64,000 nucleotides of DNA from an uncultured Actinomycetes bacterium (lineage in GTDB: Bacteria; Actinomycetota; UBA4738; HRBIN12): assembly GCA_963727185.1 (NCBI GenBank), contig CAVSFP010000008.1, positions 207,953-271,952 of the forward strand, written 5' to 3'. The position numbers and the translations under genes were made by a program. The stretch's first letter is position 1; each line of letters starts with the position of its first letter. The notes under the pieces were generated by a model. It saw only the letters and a list, made by a program, of their open reading frames with translations. It had not been told where the DNA came from and did not search any database. Shown piece after piece: positions 12,965 through 25,800 of the stretch.

Positions 12965-13066
12965 CGGGGCCAGCCGGCCATCGACGAGGCCGTCCCGTTT
13001 CGACCTCCCAGAGACAGGAGCGGGCCCGGACTCAAGTGCGTCATGCGTTGTCCCGATAGTTGACGC

Positions 13067-16000
13067 ATGGGCGCGGGGTCTGCCCGCGGTCCCCCCGGCG
13101 GAGACGATGTGGCTGCGCGACTGATGATGGGCCTCCTGCATACGGACCTCGACTACATCCTGTTCGTGTACGGGCTGGGCTTCGTCCTGCTCGCGCTCAC
13201 GCTTCTCGGGCTGAGCCGGACGGTCTCCTCGACGCTGCCGTGGAAGTGGCTGGGGATCTCCGCCGCGCTGCTGGGGATCTCCGCCTGGGCCGATCTCCTC
13301 GATCTTTCGCTCGGCGCGCACACGGTCGTGGACATGGTGCGCACGCTGCTGTTCGTCGGCGGGTGCGCCTTCATCTTCGAGTTCGCCAGGCTCTCGTGGG
13401 CGGCGGTCGGCGGCAGGCTCGTCGGCCGCTGGCTGCTCTGGGCCCTGATCGGCGTGGCGCTGCTCGGCGGTCTCACCGGCGTCCACGGCTTCGACGCGAC
13501 CGGCGGATACGTCCTGGGCCTGCCCGGCGGCCTCTGGAGCGCCGCGGCCCTCTGGCGCTACGGGCGCGGCGTCCAGCGGGGACGGTCGCTGCAGGTCTCG
13601 GCGGTGGCGATGGCCCTGTTCGTGCTTGTCGAGTGCGTCGTCACCATCAAGTCGCCGATCCCGCCCTCGAATTGGGTCAATGACGCGACGTTCTACGCCG
13701 AGTTCAGGTTTCCGGCGGAGCTGCTCAGCATGGTGCTCGCGGTGCCCTTCGTCGTCGGTCTGCGCCTGTACTACCGTCGGCTGCTCAGTGGGGAGCACCC
13801 GGGGCTCGTGGACCGGAGGGGCACGACGTACGAAGTCGTGATGGTGCTGGCGCTGCTCGCCATCCTCCTTGGAGGGTTCGTCGCCACGTCGATGGTCGGG
13901 AGGCGCGCCGACGAGGGCGCGCGCGCCCAGCTTCTCAGCCGCGCGCAGCTCTCAGCCGCCGCGCTGGACGCGCAGGCCGTAGCCGCGCTGACCGGGACCC
14001 CGGCGGACGCCGGCACCGCCGCGTACGGCGCCCTGCGTGTGCGGCTCACACAGATGGAGAGCGTGCCAAGCGACGTCCGCATGTTCTCCCTGATGACGCA
14101 GCGTGCCGGGAAGGTGCTGTTCACGGTCGACGGCATCCCTTTGGGAGATCTCGGCCACGCCGCTCCGGGGACCCCGTACCTGCAAGCTCCCGCCGGAGTC
14201 CTCCGGGTATTCGCCACCGGTCGCGACGTGGTGGCGGGACCGTACACGGACGAGTACGGCAGTTACGTCTCGGGGTTCGCGGCCGTGAACGCGGTGCCCG
14301 GAGACCCTGTCGTGGGCGTGCTCGGGCTCGATGTCAACGCCGGCACCTGGCTGCACAGCATCGCGGTCGCGCGTCTCGCGCCCATCCTCGTCACCCTGCT
14401 TCTGGCGCTGATCGTCGTCGGCTTCTACGTGGTGCAGGAGCGACTGCGCCTCGCCGCGCTCACGCTCTGGGAGAGCGCGCGCAACTATCGCACCGTGCTC
14501 GACACGATGCAGGACGGTTTCTACCGGGCAGACGAGAGCGGCGACCTGGTGATGGCGAGCCCGTCGTTCGCCGCCATGTTCGGGTTTGCCACCGTCGATG
14601 AGGCGGTGGGGCGCAACATCGCCGCCGAGCTGTACCAGCAGCCCGCGGACCGGGCCGCCCTGCTCGACGCTCTGGCCGAGGGCGACGGAGAGGTGTCGGA
14701 CTACGAGCTCGCGCTCAAGCGCAGAGACGGACAGCCGATGTTCGCGGCCACCAACAGCCACTACTACCGCGACGTCACGGGCGCCGTGCGCGGCGTGGAG
14801 GGCGTGCTGCGCGACATCACCGAGCGCAAGCGCGCCGCGCAGGCGCTCGCCGAGTCGGAGGAGCGCTCACGCCTGCTGCTGCAGTCCGCCGGCGACGGCA
14901 TCTTCGGCGTAGATCACGAGGGCCACGTCGTGTTCATGAACTCCGCCGCCGAGGAGATGCTCGGCTGGGCGGCGGGGGAACTGCAGGACGTCAACGTGCA
15001 CACCGCCATCCACTACGCGCGCGCCGACGGCAGCCCGTATCCGATCGAGGAGTGCCCGCAGCACGCCGCCTACGTCGGCGGCGTGGAGAGCCACGTGGAC
15101 GACGAGGTCTTCTGGCGCAAGGACGGCACGGCCTTCCCCGTGGAGTACATGGCGCGGCCGCTGCTCAAGGAGGGTCAGGTGACCGGCGGGATCATCACCT
15201 TCCGCGACATCACCGAGCGTAAGCGCGTGGAGGAGGAGCTGCGCTTCAACACGTTCATCGTCGAGCAGGCCGGCGACGGCGTCTTCTGGATGACCCAGGA
15301 CGGTCGCTTCCGCTACGCCAACCCCACGACGTGCGAGCTGCTCGGCTACAGCCTCGACGAGCTGTGCACCATGACCATCCACGAGGTCGACCCGGACTTT
15401 CCCGCGGAGGACTGGCCCGAGCACATCAAGGAGCTTGAGGAGGCCGGTACGCTCACCTTCGAGACCCGCCACCGCGCGAGGGACGGCACGATCATCCCGA
15501 TGGAGATAACGGCGATGTACCTCGAGTACGACGGCGGCGCCTACGACGTCGCCTTCGCCCGCGACATCAGGGAGCGCAAGGCGGCCGAGGCGGCGTTGCG
15601 CGAGAGCCGTGAACGCCTCGACTTCGTGCTGAGGTCCGCTCAGGTGGGCGCCTGGGATTGGGACATCCCGACCGACGTCGCCACCTGGGACGATACTGCC
15701 GCTGTTCTCTATGGGATGACATCGGACCGGCGGGAGGGCCCGATGGAGTCCTTCGATCCGACCATTCACCCGGACGACGTCAAGGCCCTCGCGGCCGCGA
15801 TCGACGCGTGCGCGGCCACAGGGGCACCCTATGACGCCGAGTTCCGGGTGGTGCGTGACGGCAGCGTCGCTTACCTCGCCGAACGCGGCCGGGTCGCACT
15901 CGGCGCCGACGGTACGCCCGTGCGCATGAGCGGCGTCACCTGGGACATCACCTCGCGGCGTGAGATGGAGGACTCCCTGCACGGCGCCATGGAGGAGGTG

Positions 16001-18132
16001 GAGGCCGCGAACCGGGAGCTCGAGCTCGCGGCCCGCCGCGCCAACCAGCTGGCCCTGGAGGCCGAGTCGGCCAACCTCGCCAAGAGCGAGTTCCTCGCCA
16101 ACATGAGCCACGAGATCCGCACGCCGATGAACGGCGTGATCGGCATGACCGAGCTGCTGCTCGACACGGACCTCGACGCCGAGCAGCGCGACTACGCGGA
16201 CACGGTGCGCAGCAGCGCCGAGGCGCTGCTGACGATCATCAACGACATCCTCGACTTCTCCAAGATCGAGGCCGGCAAGCTCGAGCTCGAGACGCTCGAC
16301 TTCGACCTGCGCACCACGGTCGAGGACACCTGCGATCTGCTGGCGCTGCGCGCCCAGGGCAAGGGCCTGGAGCTCACGGCACTCGTCGAGCCCGACGTGC
16401 CCTCGGCGCTGCGCGGCGATCCCGGGCCGCCTGCGCCAGGTGCTCACCAACCTGCTCGGCAACGCCATCAAGTTCACCGAGCGGGGCGAGGTCGGCCGTT
16501 TCGGTCGAGTCTCGCGGACGAGCGGGAGACCGAGGCGCGGCTGCGCTTCGCGGTGCGCGACACCGGCATCGGCATCGCCCGCCGGCAAGGTCGAGCAGCC
16601 TGTTCCAGGCGTTCACGCAGGCCGACGCCTCGACCACCCGGCGGTACGGCGGCACCGGGCTCGGCCTCGACGATCTCCCAGCGCCTGGTGGAGCTCATGG
16701 GCGGCCGGATCGGCGTGGAGAGCGAGCCGGGCGCGGGCATCCACGTTCTGGTTCACGGCGACCTTCGAGAAGCAGGATCTCGGGGCGAGGGCGCCGCCGA
16801 CGAGCGCAGCGAGCCGAGTCGGCGTGGCCGGGCGTGCGCATCCTGGCGGTGGACGACAACGAGACCAACCGCAAGGTGGTCGCCGGCATGCTGGAGGCTT
16901 GGGGGTGCCGGCACGACCGAGGTGACGAGCGGCAGACGGCGCTCGAGGCGTTGCACGCCGCCGCTCGCCGCAGGCGATCCGTACCGCGTCGTCATCCTCG
17001 ACATGATGATGCCGGAGATGGACGGCGAGACGCTGGGCGACGGCCATCAAGGGCGACCCCGGCATCGCCGACAGCCGCGCTCGTCATGATGACGTCGATG
17101 GGCAGTCGCGGCGACGCGAGGCGCCTCGAGCGGCTCGGATTCGCCGCCTACCTCACCAAGCCGGTGAAGCAGTCGCAGCTGTTCGACTGCCTCGATGGTC
17201 GTGCTCGACCGCGGGAGAGCGTGTCGACCGCAGGCGTCGCGGCCGCGCATCATCACGCGGCACACCCTGGCCGATCGGGACAAGCGCGGTCTGCGCATCC
17301 TTCTGGCCGAGGACAATCCGATCAACCAGAAGGTGGCGCTGAAGACGCTGGAGAAGCTCGGCTATCGGGCCGACGCGGTGAGCAACGGGGTCGAAGCCGT
17401 GGCGGCCTTGGCGGACCAGCGCTACGACCTCGTGCTCATGGACGTGCAGATGCCGGAGATGGACGGGATGGAGGCCACGCGACGGATCCGCGACGGGTCC
17501 TCCCCGGTCCGCGACCACGAGGTACCGATCGTGGCCCTCACGGCGCATGCGATGAAGGAGGATCGTCAGGCGTGCCTCGCGGCCGGCATGGACGACTACC
17601 TGTCCAAGCCGATCAAGCCGGACGAGCTGGCGCGCGCGCTGGCGCGCTGGACGCACGGACGTTCCGGGCGCGAGCCGGCGGTGGGCCATGCGCCACGGCG
17701 CCGGCTCGTCGGCCGGGGTCCCGGATCGCGGGCCCGGCCGTGCCAGCCGGCGAGCCTTCCGCGGCGCCGTCCAAGCCGCCGGCTGCCGCCCCGTCCGCCT
17801 TCGACGACACGGTGCTGCTCACGCTGCTCGCCGGCGACCGGGAAGCCGCCGACGAGATCGCCGCCGAGTTTCTCGCCGACGTGCCGCAGCGGATCGAAGC
17901 GCTCCAGGCGGCCTTTGACGATGGCGACGCCGACCAGGCGCGTCGTGAAGCGCATACGATCAAGGGGGCCTCCGCCAACGTCGGCGCGGAGGCCTTGCGC
18001 GAGATGGCCTTTCGCGTGGAGCGCGCGGCCGCGGACGGCGATCTGGAGGCCGGCCGCGCGCTCATGGACGAGGTCCGCGCGCGGCTCGAACTGCTGCGAC
18101 AGGCGATCTCCGTTGGGCGGGCCGTCAGATGA
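13067..18132 (+). pseudogene. Multi-PAS hybrid sensor histidine kinase (TM sensor, 4 PAS, HisKA, HATPase, REC, REC, HPt), frameshifted in its last third
   Basis: Stitched from ORFs 13067..17089, 16440..16925, 16834..18132 and 17195..18283. Layout is about 8 TM helices, a 170-aa extracytoplasmic domain and a further TM helix, then four PAS units. H-box is [17 protein letters not shown]-box [13 protein letters not shown]-boxes DTGIGI and GGTGLGL. REC1 reads [10 protein letters not shown]...[11 protein letters not shown]...YLTKP. REC2 reads [10 protein letters not shown]...[11 protein letters not shown]...YLSKP. HPt reads [12 protein letters not shown]. Open to about 16420, then about a dozen frame switches up to about 17760. 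The true start may be the MMGLL at about 13124. Confidence 0.85.
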
Positions 18133-19070
18133 GGGTGCTCATCGCCGAGGACGATCACACCTCTCGCCTGCTTCTGCGCAAGATGCTCGACAGCTGGGGC
18201 TACGAGGTGGTCGTCACCGAGGACGGCCGGGAGGCGCTCGCCGCGCTTCTCGGCGAGGGTTCGCCGCGCCTCGCCGTTCTTGACTGGATGATGCCCGAGA
18301 TGGACGGCGTGGACGTCTGTCGCCGCGTTCGGGCCGTCAAGACGCTGCAGCCGCCGTACATCATCCTGCTGACCGCCCTCGGCGATACCAAGAGCGTGGT
18401 AAAGGGCCTGCAGGCGGGCGCCGACGACTACGTCTGCAAGCCGTACAACGCCGACGAGCTGCGCGCGCGCGTGCGGGTCGGAAGGCGCGTGGTCGACCTC
18501 TTTGACAAGTTGCTGCGAGCCAACGATCAGCTGCTCGAGGCCAAGGGAAGGCTCGAGGTGCTGGCCAACACCGATGTGCTCACCGACGTGCCCAATCGTC
18601 GCGCCATCCTGGATGAGCTCGAACGGGAGGCGGCGCGCTCGGTCCGCGAGGGCAGCTCGCTGGGCGTCGGGATGCTCGACATCGACAAGTTCAAACGCGT
18701 GAACGACTCATACGGTCACGCGGCCGGCGACGGGGTGCTGCGGGAGCTCGTCGCCCGCGCCAGATCGGTGCTGCGACCCTACGACTCCTTCGGCCGTATC
18801 GGCGGCGAGGAGTTCCTGGTCATCGTCCACAACCCGGCGCCGGGCGAGCTGGCCGGCGTGCTCGAGAGGATCCGCGCCGCCGTGGCCGACGCGCCGTTCA
18901 CCGTCGGCGGCGTGCGGCTCGGGATCACGGTGAGCCTTGGTGGCGTAGTGCGGGTGGGCGAGTCCAGCGACCGCCTGCTCGCCCTCGCCGACGATGCCCT
19001 CTACGCCGCCAAGGAGCAGGGCAGGGATCGCGTGGTCCTGGCCGGGCGGAGCCCCGGGCCGCCGGACTGA
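18129..19070 (+). CDS. Response regulator with GGDEF diguanylate cyclase output (PleD/WspR-like)
   Basis: 313 aa. REC domain reads LIAEDD...[10 protein letters not shown]...YVCKP. The GGDEF domain has an active-site GGEEF and an I-site RPYD exactly five residues upstream. The ATG overlaps the kinase stop (ATGA at 18129..18132). Confidence 0.92.
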   Translation: MRVLIAEDDHTSRLLLRKMLDSWGYEVVVTEDGREALAALLGEGSPRLAVLDWMMPEMDGVDVCRRVRAVKTLQPPYIILLTALGDTKSVVKGLQAGADDYVCKPYNADELRARVRVGRRVVDLFDKLLRANDQLLEAKGRLEVLANTDVLTDVPNRRAILDELEREAARSVREGSSLGVGMLDIDKFKRVNDSYGHAAGDGVLRELVARARSVLRPYDSFGRIGGEEFLVIVHNPAPGELAGVLERIRAAVADAPFTVGGVRLGITVSLGGVVRVGESSDRLLALADDALYAAKEQGRDRVVLAGRSPGPPD

Positions 19071-19262
19071 CGGCTCGCGTCGCGGCGGCGGCCCGGCAGC
19101 GCCAGTCTGCCGAGTATCCCTTGACTTTTGCGTTCCGTACGGGAGATTTGGTACTGGGCGGTCGGCGCCCTCGCCCGGAGGCTCAAGTATCCCGGCCGGG
19201 GCACCGAACCAGTAGGTGAGTCCCGCGTGGTTCTGGAGTGCGGGCGGGGGCAGGGGCTTCTC

Positions 19263-22200
19263 ATGCGCTGGATCGTTCGATCGAGCCTGCGGCTGGCCGT
19301 GGTCGTGCTGGTCGCCGCCGGCCTCATCATGGTCGTGGGCGTCATCGGCCTGAGCCACGCGCCGGTGGACACGCTGCCGGAGTTCTTGCCGCCGCAGGTA
19401 CAGGTGCAGACGGAGGCGCTCGGGCTGTCCGCCGCCGAGGTGGAGCAGTTCATCACGGTGCCGCTCGAAGACGAGTTCAACGGACTCGCCTTCCTGGACC
19501 ACCTCCGCTCCCAGTCTGTGCCCGGGCTGTCGTCGATCGAGCTGACCTTCAAGCCGGGGACGGACATCTACAAGGCGCGGCAGCTGGTCACGGAGCGCGT
19601 GGCCCAGGGGCCGTCGGTGGTCAATGTGGGCACGCCGCCGGTCATGATCCAGCCGCTCTCGGCGGAGGGCCGCGCGATGATGATCGGGCTCTCTTCCAGG
19701 AGCGTGTCGATGATCGATCTCTCCACGCTGGCGCGCTGGCGCATCCGGCCGCGCCTGCTGGCCGTGCCGGGCGTGGCCAACGTGACCATCTGGGGCGAGC
19801 GCGACCAGCAGCTGCAGGTGCTCGTGGACCCTGCCCGGCTGGCGAAGAGCGGTGTCTCCCTGGAGCAGGTGATCAATACGGCCGGCGACGCCATGTGGAC
19901 CTCGCCGCTCACCTTTGTGGAGGCGTCGTCGCCGGGCGCCGACGGTTTCATCGACACCCCCAACCAGCGGGTCTCCGTCCAGCACATCCTGCCCATCAAG
20001 ACGGCCAGGGACCTCGCCGCGGTCCCGGTGGAGGACACGACCGGCAAACGCGTCAGGCTCGGCCAGGTGACCACGGTCGTCGAGGACCATCCCGCGCTGC
20101 GCGGCGACGCGGTCCTCAAGAGCGGTCCGGCCTTTCTGCTCGTGGTGGAGAAGTTCCCGGGCGCCAACACCCTCGACGTGACGCGCGGTGTGGAGGCGGC
20201 CATGGCCGAGCTCAAGCCCGGCCTCGCGGGCGTCACGGTGGACACCAGCGTGTTCCGGCCGGCGACGTTCATCGAGACGGCGCTGCACGACGTGGGTCTC
20301 GCGGCGCTCGTCGGGACGTTGCTTCTGGTGCTGTGGCTGGGCGTCTCCACGCGTTCGTGGCGGGTCGCGCTCATCGGCCTGCTGGCGTTCGCGCTGTGCG
20401 TCATCGCGACCGGGTACGTGCTGTACCTGCGCGGCACCACGTTCAACGCGATGATCCTGGCCGGTCTCGTCATCGCCCTCGGCGTGATCGTCGACGACAT
20501 CGTCGTCGCCGTGCGTCGCCATCAAGGCGCCGCCTCGACGCGCGTCGCGAGACCGGAGACGAGCGCTCCAAGGCGGCCGTCGTCACGGACGCCTACGTCG
20601 AGGTCCGCCGCCCGCTCACGTTCGCCCTGGGGATCGTCCTGCTCGCGATGGTGCCACTTCTGGTGCTCAGCGGCCTCAGCGGCGCGCTCGCCTGGCCGAT
20701 GACCATCACGTATCTGCTCACCGTCCTCGTCTCCACGGCGGTGGCCCTGACGGCCACGCCGGTCCTCGCCTTCGTGCTGCTTCCGGCCACGCCGGGCGGG
20801 CGCCGGGAGAGCGCCGTGGCGCGCGCGCTCGAATGGATGGTCGCGCGCGCCGTGCCAGTGTTCGTGCGCCGGTCCGTGTGGGCGTGGGTCGCTGTGGCCG
20901 TCCTGGCCGTGATGGCCGTCGCCCTCGTGCCGCGGCTGGGCGGAGCCACGTTCATGCCGCCGCTGCAGGACCGCAACCTGCTGATCCACTGGCAGGCGAC
21001 CCCCGGCGCCTCCCTGCCCGAGATGGAGCGGGTCACCACCCGGGCCGCGGCGGCGTTGCGTGCAGTCCCGGGGGTGCGCGACGTGGCCACGGATCTGGGG
21101 CAGGCGCTGATGGGTGACCAGGTGGTGGACGTGGACTCGGCCCAGACCTGGGTGGTGCTCGACCCCAGGGCCGACTACGCCACGACCACGGCGGCCGTGC
21201 GGCGTGCGGTGGCCCAGTTCCCGGGTCTCGGCCACAGCGTGCAGACTTACCCAGAAGCCTCCCTGGGAGCCGCCGCCACCGACACCGGCAGGGCCATCAC
21301 GCGTGCGCCTTTACGGCACGGACGAGCGGCAGCTGGCGGCCACCGCCCAGCAGCTCCGCCAGATGGTCGCCGGGGTCCCGGGGGTGGTCGGAGCCCGCGT
21401 GCAGACGCGCGGTGCAGGAGCCGACCGTGCAGATCCACGCCGACGTCGCGGCGGCTGCACGCTACGGCCTCAAGCCGGGCGACATCCGGCGGGCTACGGC
21501 CGTCCTCGTGGCCGGCATCCCGGTGGGCAGCTACTACCAGCAGCAGCAGATCTTCGACGTCACCGTGTGGAGCGAGCCGAGCGTCCGCCGGAACGTGACG
21601 GCCATCCGCGACCTGCTTCTCGACACGCCCTCTGGCGGCCAGGTCCCGCTCGACAAGGTCGCGACCGTGTCGGTGCAGCCGGCGCCGACGATGATCGCCC
21701 ACGACCAGGTGTCGCGCTACACCGATGTCACGGCCGGCTTCAGGGGCGGGGACGTCGGCGCCGCGCTGAAGAGCATCGACGCGAAGGTGCAGGCCCTGAC
21801 GCTGCCCCTCGGCTACCACGTTGAGGTGTCGAGCGTGCTCCAGCAGCAGCGCGGCGTCGACCTGCGGGTGTGGCTGTACGTGCTCGCCGTGGCCGCCGGC
21901 GTGTTCCTGCTGCTGCAGGCGGCCTTCCGTAGCTGGGGCCGCGCCGCTCTGCTCTTCTTCACGCTGCCGCTGGCCGGCGCCGGCGGCGCACTCGCGGCTC
22001 TGCTGGCGGGCCGCCTGCTCACGGTGGGCGCGCTGATCGGCTTCGTCGTCGTCTTCGGCGTCGCCGTCCGCCAGGGGATCCTGCTCGTCAGTCGCGTCCG
22101 TGAGCTGGAACAGGCCGACGGAGTCGCGAACGGCGCGGATCTCGTCGTGCGCGCCTGCCGGGAGGCTGCCTTCCCCGTCGCGGTCACCGCGGTCGGGCTG

Positions 22201-22398
22201 GCGCTGGTGATGCTGCCCTTCGTCGTCCGCGGCGACATCGCCGGCATGGAGATCCTGCGGCCGCTCGCGCTCGTCGTGCTCGGCGGCCTGGTCACGTGGG
22301 TGTTCTACACCCTGTTCGTGCTGCCGGGCCTGTACCTGAGCCTGGTCCTGCGAGGCAGGCGGCGGCCGGCCGTCGTCCCCGACCGGGAGGCCTCATGA
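19263..22398 (+). pseudogene. RND efflux permease, CusA/CzcA-like (copy 1), three frameshifts
   Basis: Stitched from ORFs 19128..20702, 19238..21598, 21114..21824 and 21412..22398. Start is ATG 19263 (MRWIVRSSLRL). N-terminal block reads PVDTLPEFLPPQVQVQTEALGLSAAEVEQFITVPLE. Frame switches at about 20510, 21290 and 21410. Confidence 0.85.
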
Positions 22399-22847
22399 CC
22401 TGGCGTCGCTCCTCTGTTCTCGCTCTGGCGCTGCTCGCTGTGGTCGCTCTCGGTGTCGCGGGCTGCGGCAAGCCTGACCACGAGGTCGGCGGTCCCGAGC
22501 CGGCTCAGGTCAAGCCCATCGCCGGCAGCGCGCTCCACCTCGTGACTCTCAGCCCGCTGGCCATGCGGGAGCTCGGCGTGCAGACGCAGCCGGTGCGCGT
22601 CGCGGCGACGGCCGGCGGCGGAACGACGACGGTCATCCCGCTCACCGCGGTGATCTACGACCCCGCCGGCAAGTCGTGGGCGTACACCGTCTCGGCGCCT
22701 CGCACCTTCGTCCGCAAGGCGATCGTGATCGACCGCATCGACGGCGACCGGGTCTTCTTGCGCTCCGGTCCGCCCGCCGGCGCCCCAGTCGTCACGGTCG
22801 GTGACGCCGAGCTGCTGGGCGCCGAGTACGGGGTCGGCGAGGAGTAA
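22395..22847 (+). CDS. Small lipoprotein, possible minimal periplasmic-adaptor-like partner of the RND pumps
   Basis: 150 aa from an ATG that overlaps the RND1 stop (ATGA). Signal peptide plus lipobox LGVAGC. The C-terminal stretch KAIVIDRIDGDRVFLRSGPPAGAPVVTVGDAELLGAE resembles the last beta-barrel domain of HlyD/CusB-type adaptors. No coiled-coil hairpin is evident. Confidence 0.55.
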   Translation: MTWRRSSVLALALLAVVALGVAGCGKPDHEVGGPEPAQVKPIAGSALHLVTLSPLAMRELGVQTQPVRVAATAGGGTTTVIPLTAVIYDPAGKSWAYTVSAPRTFVRKAIVIDRIDGDRVFLRSGPPAGAPVVTVGDAELLGAEYGVGEE

Positions 22848-22849
22848 TC

Positions 22850-25800
22850 GTGCCCGGCCCGCCGCGCACTCCGCGCATGTCCATCATGCGGGCCATCGTC
22901 TCGTGGAGTCTGGACTACCGGTTCCTCGTGATCGCCGCGGCGGTGGCGATGATGGCGTTCGGCATCGGCTCCATCCGCTCCGCCCCGGTGGACGTGTTCC
23001 CGGAGTTCGCGCCCCCGCAGGTGGAGATCCAGACGGAGAGCCTGGGCCTGTCCACGTCGGACGTCGAGTCACTGGTCACGGTGCCGATCGAGCTGGCCAT
23101 GAACGGCATGCCGGGCCTGGACGATCTGCGCTCGACGTCGGTGCCGCAGCTGTCTTCCATCGTCCTCGTCTTCAGGCCCGGCACCGACCTCCTGCACGCT
23201 CGTCAGCTGGTGCAGGAACGCCTTGCGACGGTGCGGCCCACGCTCCCCAAGTGGGCCAGCCCGCCGGTGATGCTGCCGCCGGTGTCGGCCACCGGGCGCG
23301 TGCTGCAGATCGGCATGTCGTCGGACAAGTACTCGGTCATGGAGCTGTCGCGCCTCGCCTACTGGGACGTCAAGGCGCGCCTGCTCCGCGTGGACGGGGT
23401 CGCGGACGTGTCCATCTGGAACGAGCGGCAGCCGACGTTCCAGGTGCAGGTGGACGGCAAGAAGATGGCGGCCGCCAAGGTGACGCTCGATCAGCGTGGA
23501 GCGGACCACCTCCGACGCGCTCGACTCGGGCGCCCTGCAGTTCTCCACCGGCTCCGTGGTCGGCGCCGGCGGCTTCCTCGACACCCCCAACCAGCGCCTG
23601 CAGGTGACCCACGTGCTGTCCATCCAGTCGCCGCGCGACCTGGCCATGGTGCCGCGTCGAGGACCAGCCCGGCGACGGCACGTCGGTGCGCCTCGGCGAC
23701 GTCGGCACGGTGGTGGAGGACTACCAGCCGATCATCGGAGACGCGGTCATCAACGGCAAGCCCGGACTGCTGCTCGTCGTCGAGAAGTTCCCGTGGGGCA
23801 ACACGCTCAACGTGACGAGGGACGTCGAGGCCGCCCTCAAGGCCCTGCAGCCCGGCCTGCCGGGCGTCCGGTTCGACACGCACGATCTTCCGCCCGGCCA
23901 CCTTCATCGACGACTCGGTCCACAATCTGCTGGACGCCATGCTTCTCGGCTTCGTGTTCGTGGTCGTCATCCTCGTGCTGTTCCTCTTCGAGTGGCGCGT
24001 CGGCGCTGATCAGCGCTCATCGCGATCCCGCTCTCGCTGATCGCGGCGCTGCTGGTGCTGCGCCTGGTCGGCGCCACCATCAACACGATGATCCTGGCGG
24101 GCCTGATCATCGCGCTCGGCGCCGTGGTCGACGACGCGATCATCGACGTCGAGAACATCCTGCGGCGGCTGCGCCAGGCCCGCACCACGGGCAGCGATCG
24201 CTCGACGGCCGCGATCATCCTCGAGGCCTCGCTCGAGGTGCGCAGCGCCATCATCTACGCGACGCTTCATCGACGTGGCCGCGATGGTGCCGGTCTTCCT
24301 GCTGCAGGGCCTGACCGCCTCCTTCTTCCGGCCCGCTGGCGCTCGCCTACGCGCTCGCCATCCTGGCCTCGATGGTGGTCGCGCTCACGGTGACCCCTGC
24401 TCTGACGCTTCTGCTGCTGCGCGGCGCGTCGCTCAAGCGCCATGTCTCGCCGCTCGTGCGCTGGCTGCAGCGCGTGTACTCGGCGCTGCTCGCGCGCATC
24501 GTCGCGCGCCCGCTCTCGGCCTACGCCACGGTCGCCGTCGTCGTGCTGGTCGGGGTCCTCATCGTGCCGCAGCTCGGGGCAGTCGCTGTTCCCGACCTTC
24601 AAGCAGCGCGACCTGCTGATCCACTGGGACGCCATCCCCGGCACGTCCGACGCCGAGGTCGCGCGCACGACCACCCAGCTCAGCCGAGCAACTCATGGCC
24701 ATCCCCGGCGTGCGCGACTTCGGCGCGCACATCGGGAGAGCGCAAACAGGGTGAGGAGGTGGTCGGGATCAACTGCGGCCGAGGTCTGGATCAGCATCGA
24801 CAAGTCGGTCGACTACGACAAGACGGTGGACACGGTCCGCAAGGTCGTCGCCAGCTACCCTGGCCTCTACCGGGACGTGGAGACGTATCTCAGCGAGCGG
24901 ATCGAGGAGGTGCTCACCGGCGCGAAGCAGGCGATCGTGGTGCGCGTCTACGGCCAGGACCTCGCCGACATGCGGCGCACGGCCAGCGAGGTCCTGCGGG
25001 TCTTCTCGAGCACTCCCGGCGTCATCGACCAGCACGTCGACCTCTCCGTGGACACGCCGCAGATCGCAAGTCGAGGTCGAACCTGAAGAAGGCCGCCAAG
25101 TACGGCCTCAAGCCCGGCGACGTGCGGCGCTACGCCGCGGCCATCGTGGCAGGTCTGGAGATGGGTAACGTCTTCCAGGACAACGAGGTCTACGGCGTCG
25201 TCGTCTGGAGCAAGCCGGCGGCCCGCGCCAACACCGAGGCGCGTCGGCGAGATCATGCTGCGACACGCCGTCCGGCAGGCAGGGTACGTCTCGGCGACGT
25301 CGCCAACGGTGAGCATCAAGACCGACCCGTACCTCGTGAAGCGTGAGAACAACTCGCGGTACATCGACGTCGGGCGCTAACGTCCAGGGCCGCGACCTCG
25401 GGTCGGTCGTGCACGACATCAAGAAGGGGATGACGACGGTCCGATTCTCCCAGGGCTCGCACTACGAGCTGATCGGCGAGTACAGCGAGCGGCAGGCCGC
25501 GCAGAACAGGCTCTTCACGCACCGCGCATCATCGCGGCCATCGCGATCCTCCTCCTGCTGCAGCTCGTCGTTCGGCTCGTGGCGGCTCGCCGTGTTCGTG
25601 TTCCTCACCCTGCCGATGGCGCTCGTCGGCGGCGTCATCGCCATCTACCTCGGCGGCGGGCATCATCTCGATCGGTTCGCTGGTCGGCTTCTTCACGGTG
25701 TTCGGGATCGCCGCGCGCAACGGCATCCTGCATGATCAACCACTGCCAGCACCTGGAGGAGTACGAGGGCGAGACCTTCGGGCCGGCGCTCGTCGTGCGC

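Noticed and set aside
19105-19200. TTGACT at 19122 and a duplicated AGTATCCC motif upstream of RND copy 1, as a promoter/operator
   Set aside because: No acceptable -10 hexamer lies at 16-19 nt spacing, and the 8-mer repeat is too short to distinguish from chance. Left unannotated.
12191-20525. Long minus-strand ORFs 12191..13798 (535 aa), 14867..16588 (573 aa) and 18708..20525 (605 aa)
   Set aside because: All are antisense to the motif-rich EamA, histidine kinase, GGDEF and RND genes. They are low-complexity Arg/Asp/Gly/His-rich translations with no recognisable domains.
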